Source: Octopus bimaculoides (lineage: Eukaryota). Taken from it: DNA of 64,000 nt. Where the stretch lies: assembly GCF_001194135.2 (NCBI RefSeq), contig NC_068992.1, forward strand, positions 10,231,079 through 10,295,078. Direction: 5' to 3'. Below, one piece after another: positions 54,361 to 64,000 of this stretch (positions within the stretch are counted from its first letter, which is position 1; each line of letters begins with the position of its first letter). The notes beneath the pieces were generated by a model, which saw nothing but the letters and a program-made list of their open reading frames with translations, had not been told where the DNA came from and searched no databases. The translations under genes and the position numbers were made by a program.

Positions 54361-54589
54361 TTAACCTTTTCCTTACCGTTATTTCTATTGAAACACATTG
54401 CCTTATTTTAATTAATTTTGAAAATAATGAAGAATTTAGTAAAATAACTGTCATTATCAAGCTAGAGTTTTGGAACATAAATTAATATAAAATTTTAATG
54501 GCAGGTTTTAATTTTGATCACTCTAAAACAGGAAGCTTATATCATAGAACTAGGAGCAATTTCAGGCAGATTGGTATCAAAACAGTTAA
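54361..54589. mobile_element. MITE family 2 with TTAACCCTTT..TTACC / GGTA..AAAGGGTTAA-type ends
   Basis: Recurs at about 19990-20160 (-), 44340-44540, 53270-53480 and 58926-59163, with a right end at 51950-51967. Confidence 0.65.
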
Positions 54590-55647
54590 ATATAAGCAAG
54601 TGGTATCTAAAGACAAGTTCCTCATCTTCCATATGCTCTCAACTACATCCTCTCTTTTCCTCTCTGATTCCAATATGGAGAGTCTTTTAGTTATCATTTT
54701 TAATTATATTTTATTTTTATCTCATTATTCCAGACTTTAATAATTATTGTCTTGCTGCTGTTTCACTGCTTAATTGTTTATTTATTTATTTTTTTACTTA
54801 CTTATTTATTCTTACTAATTCTAGCATATATTCTGTCAGTATCACCAATAAAAGCACCCCCCTTTCCCCCACTATTTCCACCGTCTCTGCCAATATTTCA
54901 CCACCACCTTACAAGACTTTCTCTGCCAAACACCCACCACTCTTGATCCCACCGCCAACATCGTTATCATTACTGAAATTGCTCATCATTATCATCATCA
55001 TCATCACCACCGTTGTCATCATCACCATCATCATCGTCGTTATCTTCATCGTCATCATCTTTATTGCTATCGTTGTCATCATCATTCTCATTATCATTGT
55101 CATCATTATCTGCTTTTACAAATATCATATGCGTTATCAGCACTGACCAGGACTGACCTGGATTAAACACTACCACCACTGCCATCGCCGCCACCACTGT
55201 TACACCATTCCTAATTTTCATTATCAACCCCATCAAAGTTGTTATATATATCCTAGTGTTATAATGATCAGTGTTGACTTTCTCATCGTCATCAGCAGCA
55301 GCAGCAACAACATCACCACTATCATTATTATTATTATTATGATGATGATTGTTGATGATTGATGATGGTGTGTGACAATCACATGGTTCTCGGTTCAATC
55401 CCATTGCACAGCACCTTGGATGCATTTCATTCTAACCTCAAGTTGACCAACACTCTGTGAAAGGAATTTGGCTGACAGAAACAGAGCTGGGATCAAGTTA
55501 GTCAACTAAACTTGCCAAGGTGGTACCCCAGCATGGCCACACTTCAATGACTAAAACAAGTAAAAGGGAATATTAGGTCAGAAGTCTGCCAAGAATTTAA
55601 GTAGGCTCATTAAGTTGGCGCTTGTCTCAGTTTCCGTGGTATATATG

Positions 55648-56370
55648 TCACCATCATCATGATCATTTAGCATCTGTTTTCCATGTTAGGTTGGATTAGA
55701 CGGTTTGACTGGAACCGGTAAGCCAGAGGACTGCACCAGGCTCCAGATGATTTGGCATAGTTTCTACAACTGGATGCCCTTCCTAGCATACAGAAAGTAG
55801 TGGGTGCCTTTTATATGTCACCAGCACATGAGCCTTTTACATATCACTGACACAGGTAGCTTTTATGTGTGACTGGCATTGGCCATGGCTACCACTGACC
55901 CAGGTACCCGGCCATAACTACGATTTCCCTTGGCTAGACGGGTCTTCTCAAGCACAGCAAATCACTAAAAAGTCTTGATTACTTGTCATCACCTCTGTGA
56001 AACTCAACATCTGAAAATCATGTTTCATCACCTCATCTCATGTCTTCCTGGGTCTACCTCTTCCACAGGTTCCCTCCACAGTTAGGGATCAGCATTTCTT
56101 TATGCAGCTGTCTGCATCCATATGCACCACATGACCGTACCAATGCAGTTTTCTCTCTTGCACATCACATCTGATGCCTCTTATGCCTAATTTTTCTCTC
56201 AAGATGTTTACTGTTTGTCATCCATGCACACTGACATTGCACATCCAGTGAAGCATATTTGCTTCATTTCTTTCAGGCTTTCGCATGTCCTCTGCAGTTA
56301 AGGTCCATGTTTCACTGCCATGTAACGTGGCTGTTTGCACACAGGCATCATACAAGTTGCCTTTCACTCT
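55648..56370 (-). mobile_element. RTE-type LINE, 3' portion of ORF2 plus 3' UTR and GAT-rich tail
   Basis: RVKGNLYDACVQTATLHGSETWTLTAEDMRKPERNEANMLHWMCNVSV..LREKLGIRGIRCDVQERKLHWYGHVVHMDADSCIKKC*SLTVEGTCGRGRPRKT*DEV is a typical RTE C-terminus (GSETW, WYGHV, GRGRP). Confidence 0.92.
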
Positions 56371-56631
56371 TTCTCTGTATATGCATATATGATGTGTGTG
56401 TATATATGCAAATGAGATTACAACTCTCTCCCTTCAAAGGGGACATCAATCCATCATAGAATTTATCCTCTGATGTTGCTGGCTATTCATTTTCAGCTGA
56501 ATGAAATTGAGCAATACGGAATGAAGTGCCTTGCTCAAGAACACAGTGCACTGCCTAGGCTGGGAATTGAAACCCATGACCTTGTTGTACTGAGTGGAGG
56601 ACTGTACCCACTTGACTACATACCTTCATAA

Positions 56632-56672
<41 letters not shown>

Positions 56673-57526
56673 TACACAAACATGTGTGTGTCTGTATGAG
56701 TGTGTAGTTACAAGTGTAATCCAGTGTGTGTGTGTGTTACAGTTCCATTCTGTTGAAAAATGTGACCTAGAAATTCAATAAATAGAGATTGGTAGAATGA
56801 AATTTCTCGAGAGGGGAGGAGAATTATATGATTGCCTAAAACCCTTAAAAGGGGCGCTCCATCATTGCTGCAATCCATTTACTACAACCAGCAAGAGAAT
56901 GAACGTATAGACCACTTTGATAATATTACCGTCATTAGCATTGTAATCACCATCATCATAACTGTTATCATTTCGACAATCACTGCCTCCTTTATTAATT
57001 CCACTACCTTCACGACGAACATCATCATCATCATCATCATCACTACCACGGTAACCACAATAATCACCACTGTGATTAGCATTACCATAATCATCATCAT
57101 CATCATCGTCGTCATCGTTATCCACCTTTATTTCAAAACTTTCAATCAATATATTTCTTTTGATGTTCAATGTAGATATAAACATAAGATGTTTTGTTTG
57201 GTCAGGGAAACCATAAAATAAAATACTGTATATATATATATATATATATATGTATAAAAGTTATATGTGTGTGTATGTATGTATATACATACATACATAT
57301 ATACACATCTATATCTTGATATATATATACATACATATATATATATATATATATACATGCACACACATGTATATATGTACACAAACACACATATGTGTGT
57401 GTGTATGTATATATATATATATATATATGCATATATATACACATGCACCTATATATAGATGTATGTATATGTATGTATATATATATGTATAATATATATG
57501 TACATATATATACATATATATACATG

Positions 57527-57597
<71 letters not shown>

Positions 57598-57907
57598 NNN
57601 NNNNNNNNNNNNNNNNNNNNNNNNNNNNNNNNNNNNNNNNNNNNNNNNNNNNNNNNNNNNNNNNNNNNNNNNNNNNNNNNNNNNNNNNNNNNNNNNNNNN
57701 NNNNNNNNNNNNNNNNNNNNNNNNNNNNNNNNNNNNNNNNNNNNNNNNNNNNNNNNNNNNNNNNNNNNNNNNNNNNNNNNNNNNNNNNNNNNNNNNNNNN
57801 NNNNNNNNNNNNNNNNNNNNNNNNNNNNNNNNNNNNNNNNNNNNNNNNNNNNNNNNNNNNNNNNNNNNNNNNNNNNNNNNNNNNNNNNNNNNNNNNNNNN
57901 NNNNNNN

Positions 57908-57965
<58 letters not shown>

Positions 57966-58326
57966 TATCATCATTTTGATGTCTACTCTTCTGTGCTTTC
58001 ATGGATCAGATGAAAATTCATTGAGGCAAATTTTCTACAGCTGGATGCTCTTCCCGTTGCCAACCCTGACCTCTTTCCAAGCCAGGGAAATATTTTCTCA
58101 TGGCCAAATTTGTTTTTGCAAAATACTAGAAATGAATGCCTTGTGTAATGAATTAGGTAGTTCAGGAAGGTTTCATACACAGTGTTTGGCATAGCAGTAT
58201 TATTGCCCATTGCCTCAAGAGCAAAGGGCATATCTCAAGAAAAAAAGAAGCTAAATGTCAGTAACAAATTGACAGACAAGATTTTAAAGGTAACAGAAGA
58301 GTTGCTTGGGGTTGTACTTATTGAAG

Positions 58327-58712
58327 TGGAGGCGCAATGGCCCAGTGGTAAGGGCAGCGGACTCGCAATCATAGGATCGCGGTTTCGATTCCCAGAACGG
58401 GTGTTGTGAGTGTTTATTGAGCGAAAACACCTAAAAGCTCAACGAGGATCTGGCAGGGGATGGTGGCGAACCCTGATGTACTCTTTCACCACAACTTTCT
58501 CTCACTCTTACTTCCTGTTTCTGTTGTGCCTGTAATTGAAAGGGTCAGCCTTGTCACACTGTGTCACGCTGAATATCCCCGAGAACTACATTAAGGGTAC
58601 ACGTGTCTGTGGAGTGCTCAGCCACTTGCACGTTAATTTCAAGAGCAGGCTGTTCTGTTGATCGGATCAACCGGAACCCTCGATGTCGTAAGCGACGGAG
58701 TGCCAACAACAA
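58327..58712 (+). mobile_element. tRNA-headed SINE (TGGAGGCGCAATGG family) with (CAA)n tail and 13-bp TSD
   Basis: TSD GTACTTATTGAAG (58314-58326) / GTACTTATTGGAG (58713-58725). The 5' about 190 bp is shared with the SINE at 25363-25678, but the 3' tail differs. Confidence 0.9.
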
Positions 58713-58802
58713 GTACTTATTGGAGCATATACTCAAGGTAGATAACTACATCAGATGTTAGTAGTTAAGAGCATAACACTGTATCTATTATTTGTCTGTC
58801 TA

Positions 58803-58920
58803 GGGAATGTCTTTGACATTGTACGATGCTTTGCTGTCTGATGTTTACTTAAAAAGCTGGGTGTGGAGGAATGGCTTATGAAAGGTTTGCAAGCTATGTA
58901 CAGAGATGCTGTCATCAATT
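58803..58920 (+). mobile_element. RTE LINE reverse transcriptase fragment
   Basis: GNVFDIVRCFAV*CLLKKLGVEEWLMKGLQAMYRDAV resembles KAFD.VPR..IW..LRKLGV.EWL...VQAMY. Confidence 0.75.
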
Positions 58921-59499
58921 CTCAATTAACCCTTATTTTTATCATATTTTTTTTTAAATACACTTCCTTTCTTTCCACTAATTATTAAAATAACGAAGAA
59001 AAATAATTTAGAAATTTAATCTTATCATCATTAAGTTGATATTTGGAACATAAACTTACAGGAAATTTTGATGGAAAGTTGAATTTAGATTACTTTGAGA
59101 AGAGAAGGTTGTATTATAAAACCAGGAGGGATGGTCTCAGTTGGGTTGGTATCAAAAGAGTTACATCTTTCATGATATGTATTTTTGTGTACCCATCATA
59201 CCAGGTCTCAGGATGATATAATCAAATTGTTGTTTGTCTTACTTAAGTAGAATATAATACTGAATATTGAAATTAAACTATTTTTCGCTAAATGTTCTTC
59301 AATTAAATTACATTAATTTTTGTGGCTTCATTAATATTTGTCAATAATTGCATTATTACTCTAAGTAAAAATTTTCTTGTTTAAATATATTATTTAAAAG
59401 AGCAAAATATTCTCTCTACTGTCATCATCATCATCACCACCACCGTCATCATCATCATCGTCATCATCATCATCATCATCGTCAGCATTGTAATCATCA

Positions 59500-60858
59500 C
59501 CATCATCATCACCATCAGCAGCAGCATTGGTTTACATCTGCCCTCCTTGCTAGCATGAGAGTGTGTTGTTTTTGTTGTTGGTGTTGGTGTTGGTTGGTGA
59601 CAGTTGGGATATGGTGTATGGGTTTTTGGGGTTGGGGTATGAGTCCTTTTGGTTTTCTTTTCTTCCTTTGGAGTTGTTGTTGGTGGTAGTGATGATGGTG
59701 TTATTTCTGTTCTTGGTGGCGCTGGTGGTAGTATTGTTGTGGTGGCGCTGGTGGTGGTATTGTTGTTGTGGCGCTGGTGGTGGTATTGGTGGTTGGGCTG
59801 GCTTGTTGGTTGCTGATGTTCCTTCATTTGTTTGTAGAGCTGTTTAATTAGTTGTGCATATAGCAGTGTGGGTAGCAGTGCTGGTTTTTTCTTGGTTTTT
59901 GGATTTCTTGTGGTTGTTGTTGTTGTTGTTCATGATCTTGTTGTTGTTGTTTCTGTGCTAGTGGGCAACTGATTTTCAGGTGTGATTTGCTACCACATAT
60001 GTAGCAACTTGGCTTTCTGCCTTCGACAGCCACATGCAAATTTCCAATTGTCTGTCAGTTTGATTTGATGTGGAATTTTTTCAAAGTTGATTGGATCAAT
60101 TTGAGCAAGGATTTCCACTCCTTGACCAATCCAGTTTTGCTAGTCCAGGACAGCAATTTCCAAGATATGGATTTCCTCCTCGATATCGCAACAAATGGCA
60201 GACACAAACCATTTTATTTCTATCTCAGGGGGCACATTTTTTATTTTTATTTTTGTGATTCTATGACGAAGGTACGTAGGGATCATCATTAAGTTGTCAC
60301 ATTCAAAGGACTTTGTCAAGAAGTCCTTGGCTCATTCTTCACTGTCGAATCTAACTTCAATTGTGGCAAATATTTTTCCCCTTGTGATGTAGTCTTTAAA
60401 GGCCCATATGGGCCTTAAACATTTTTCTACTGTTTCTTGGGTGGCAGTTTCGTATAGTTTTGTTTTTAGGCTGAGTGTCTTGTGAATAATTGTTCTTTTT
60501 TAATTTCTTCTGTGATTTTTTTTTTTTTTGGTGTCTGTAGTTGTATGGTGTGTTCATCTTTTTTAAACATTGCCTTGCAAGCAAGCAGTTCTTCCTTTGA
60601 AAAGGACATGATTCTTTTCTTCAGCTTTAAAGCTGCGGCAAAATTGTTTTAAGCGTTCCTGTTGGTTGTAGTGGTGATGGCAGTAGTGGTGGTAGCAGTG
60701 ATGGAGGCAGTGTTTATAGTAGTAAACATCTTTATATCTTTGTTTGTATCTTCTAAAGCATATGTGCGTTCAAGCGGAATGACTTTGTTTTCAGCTTCCC
60801 TCACCTCTGGCTTCGGTAGAGGCAGGATGTCAATGGCATGTTGGTTCCATTTAGCCAC
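59500..60858 (-). mobile_element. Decayed Tx1/L1-like LINE ORF1 (gag-like, CCHC zinc knuckle)
   Basis: Broken frame MAKWNQHAIDILPLPKPEV... APEIEIKWFVSAICCDIEEEIHILEIAVLD*QNWIGQGVEILAQIDP... HVAVEGRKPSCYICGSKSHLKISCP (C-X2-C-X4-H-X4-C), followed by a Q/T/P-rich tail. Confidence 0.75.
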
Positions 60859-61064
60859 TTTCGTTTAGAATATGGCAAAGAAGCTGAAGAAAAGTTTCAA
60901 AAATTTTGGAAATTCACTTCAAGTGGGGTAATTTCCTATTACAAGATTTACTGGGGTTGAAGGAAGTAAAGTTAAACATCTATTTCACAAAAAATATTCC
61001 ACAAATAAACAGCTTTTCTACACAAAAAAGCCAACTGACTTGGAGCTGATTTTTCTACAGTCCA

Positions 61065-61216
61065 TTCACATCAGAGATAGATATATAGATAGATAGATAG
61101 ATAAAAAGATAGCTAGCTAGCTAGCTAGATAGATAGACAGATAGATAGATAGATAGATAATAGATAAATAGATAGATAGATAGATAAAGAGAGAGAGAGA
61201 GAGTGAGATAGATAGG

Positions 61217-61253
<37 letters not shown>

Positions 61254-61255
61254 GT
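61065..61255. repeat. (GATA)n/(GCTA)n tetranucleotide microsatellite, representative of many (TA)n, (CA)n, (GA)n, (TACA)n and (CAT)n tracts
   Basis: Direct repeats; similar tracts flank almost all N gaps. Confidence 0.95.
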
Positions 61256-61410
61256 GATTAAGTGATTGTAGCAATTTGCAGTAAGAAATATTTCAATGTT
61301 ACTGAATAAGGACAAAGGCTACTTGGTATTTATTGTCTTGTTACGACATGGCTGGATCTTATTGCTTTTGTCTCCTAAATATTGTGTGTACATGCATGTG
61401 TATGTGTGTG

Positions 61411-61446
<36 letters not shown>

Positions 61447-62198
61447 GTGTGTATTATTAAAAACCTCAACAGTGCTCCAGACTTAGGATTTTTATTGAGG
61501 ATAATTTTCTTTTCGTTATATTTTTTTCCTAAGTCCTTTATATATTGTTTGAGAGAATAAAAGTTTTCTTAGGTCCATTGATGTTGCAAGGTTTTTTTTA
61601 TTTTTTTTTTTATCTTTTCTTGTGGTTGAAGTTGTTATTAGTAACCACTAATAACAATTTCTGCCAGATCANNNNNNNNNNNNNNNNNNNNNNNNNNNNN
61701 NNNNNNNNNNNNNNNNNNNNNNNNNNNNNNNNNNNNNNNNNNNNNNNNNNNNNNNNNNNNNNNNNNNNNNNNNNNNNNNNNNNNNNNNNNNNNNNNNNNN
61801 NNNNNNNNNNNNNNNNNNNNNNNNNNNNNNNNNNNNNNNNNNNNNNNNNNNNNNNNNNNNNNNNNNNNNNNNNNNNNNNNNNNNNNNNNNNNNNNNNNNN
61901 NNNNNNNNNNNNNNNNNNNNNNNNNNNNNNNNNNNNNNNNNNNNNNNNNNNNNNNNNNNNNNNNNNNNNNNNNNNNNNNNNNNNNNNNNNNNNTATATAT
62001 ATTTATATATATATACACATATATATATATATATAGACTATATATATATATATATATACAATATACATATGTACACACACACATTTATATCTATATCTCT
62101 CTATACACAGATGTATGTATGTTTATGTATGTGTTTTTAAGTATATATATTTGTATATATGTGTGTGTGTGTGTGAGTGTGTCTCTGTGTATATAAAC

Positions 62199-62240
<42 letters not shown>

Positions 62241-62346
62241 ACTTGGGGATGGTCATATTGCCAGTTTAGCCAATAAAAACACACGCACTGTATATTTGGT
62301 GTTAATTTGCTTCAGCTTTATATTACATTAATCTTAATCTTATTTC

Positions 62347-62390
62347 GGCCAGAGTTCTTTCGTCACACTTCTGTGACCTCATCAGTGGTC
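62347..62390 (-). ncRNA. Minimal hammerhead ribozyme-like motif, inverted copy
   Basis: Exact reverse complement of 62528-62571. Confidence 0.6.
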
Positions 62391-62527
62391 CTTTGTTTCC
62401 TTCCTTCTTATGTGTGTCTCACCTTGCTAAATATCNNNNNNNNNNNNNNNNNNNNNNNNNNNNNNNNNNNNNNNNNNNNNNNNNNNNNNNNNNNNNNNNN
62501 NNNNNNNNNNNNNNNNNNNNNNNNNNN

Positions 62528-62571
62528 GACCACTGATGAGGTCACAGAAGTGTGACGAAAGAACTCTGGCC
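62528..62571 (+). ncRNA. Minimal type-I hammerhead ribozyme-like motif
   Basis: GACCA-CUGAUGA-G-GUCACA[GAAG]UGUGAC-GAAA-GAAC-UC^UGGCC: core CUGAUGA/GAAA/UH, perfect 6-bp stem II, stem I GACCA:UGGCC with one mismatch, minimal stem III. One extra G follows A9. Confidence 0.6.
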
Positions 62572-63039
62572 GAAATAAGATTAAGATTAATGTAATATAA
62601 AGCTGAAGCAAATTAACACCAAATATACAGTGCGTGTGTTTTTATTGGCTAAACTGGCAAAATGACCATCCCCAAGTACAACAAAATCTGTTTCAACACA
62701 CGATTTCACATCAAAAATCTTGCAAAACAAATATATATATATACATATATATATATATGCATACACTCACATATAAATGTATGTTAGCAGTGTTGTCAGA
62801 GTATCAGTCAGAATGCTCTGTGATATTTTTTCCAGCTCTCTGCTTCAACCTTTGTTCTAAAGTACAAATACTACCCAAGGACAGTTATACCTTTCATCCT
62901 TTTGCTTTTGTCGCTTGATAAATGATGTAGTAATCCTGGTCGGTATATTAGTATGAATCGGTAGCAGCGTTGAATGCCATGTCTTGTATGTTTGGCCAAA
63001 ATTCCAATGACGTAATCTAGTAAAAAAAAAAAGTTGGGC

Positions 63040-63325
63040 TTACAATTGTGTGGTTGTGAGTTTGATTCCCAGACCGGACTATGTGTTGTGTTCTTGAGCA
63101 AGACACTTTATTTCACGTTGCTCCAGTTCACTCAGCTGTAGAAATGAGTTGCAATGTCACTGGTGCCAAGCTGTATTGGCCCCTCTGCCTTTCCCTTTCC
63201 CTTGGACAACATTAGTGATTTGGAGAGGGGAAACTGGTATGCATGGGTGACTTCTAGTCTTTCATAAACAACCTTGTCCAGACTTGTGCTTTGGAGAGGA
63301 TCTTTCTAGGTGCAATCCGATGGTC
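63040..63325 (+). mobile_element. SINE with the CTTGAGCAAGACACTTTATTTCACGTTGCTCCAG body and a third type of 3' tail
   Basis: Body shared with 31809-32050; the tail (GTCACTGGTGCCAAGCTG...CTAGGTGCAATCC) differs. Confidence 0.75.
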
Positions 63326-64000
63326 TTTACCATTTGCACACACACACATGCACACACAAACACACACATACATATTCAGTATAGTAAAGACATGAAAGTT
63401 GTGTGGACTTGACTGGGAGCCATCTCGGAGTAGGATGAAAGAGAAACAAGTGTTATGCTGAAGCTCCAATATGCAGTTCTTGCAATGAAGCCTGTTGAAG
63501 AATATAATAAAGACCAGAGTATATAGAAACAGCGATGAGGTCAGGTTAACAGGAAGTTAAGGGAATATAAATCAACAGTTAAAAAAGAAATATGGATCAT
63601 ATAAATGAAATGATTGTTAAATACTGTTTTATTTGATTCAACTCATATGTAATAGCGAAAGATCATTTTCAATATACATACATTATTTGGGCATTGATGC
63701 ATGTGGGGGATAATAGTAGGGAAGAAGATGGCTTTGTAATCCAGCTAGAAGTAACTTGCAGGAGAGGGAGACAAAGATTATAGAGGAAGAGGTGGTGAAA
63801 GTCGATCCCAGGAGGCTGAATCTCACAAAAGATATGACAAAGGACTGAAACAGGTGGTTGTGTATGTGTGAGTCAGTGTAGAGGGGAAAACTCATCCAGT
63901 TTGTGCATTGTAAGCATTGGAAAATGAATATAAAATGATTGTATTGATGATGATATATATATATACATATATAAGCATGTATATGTGTGTTTGTATCTAT

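Larger units (their letters stand above)
62234..62684. repeat. 157-bp near-perfect inverted repeat (62234-62390 / 62528-62684) around an assembly gap; Penelope-like terminal repeat candidate
   Basis: The arms differ at one position by eye (GGTCATATTG vs GGTCATTTTG). Each arm carries a hammerhead-like core. Confidence 0.85.

Noticed and set aside
919-62611. Dozens of ORFs rich in YI/HT/CV/ER/X in the supplied track
   Set aside because: They are translations of (TA)n, (CA)n, (GA)n and (CAT)n microsatellites and N gaps.

Overview
AT-rich, microsatellite-dense animal genomic DNA with several N gaps. The repeat content looks like a cephalopod, probably Octopus (inference). The only host gene I can support is DPH5 (diphthine methyl ester synthase) on the + strand. 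Six coding exons run from 10192 to 34157, all with GT-AG boundaries and consistent phases, and encode 176 aa plus 2 nt. The C-terminal exons are not visible, so they lie beyond the window or in a gap. The rest is intronic or intergenic and filled with repeats: tRNA-headed SINE families, RTE LINE 3' ends, decayed Tx1-like and CR1/Jockey LINE fragments, pogo, Tc1, mariner and hAT remnants, TTAA-ended MITEs, minisatellites and simple repeats. Nearly all ORFs in the supplied track are microsatellite or gap artefacts. The most notable findings are (1) a minimal hammerhead-ribozyme-like motif in both arms of a 157-bp near-perfect inverted repeat at 62.2-62.7 kb, resembling Penelope-like element termini, (2) four bZIP-type sites at exact 11-bp spacing near 4.0 kb, (3) a mariner-derived fold-back beside DPH5 exon 4, and (4) SINEs with swapped head, body and tail modules.
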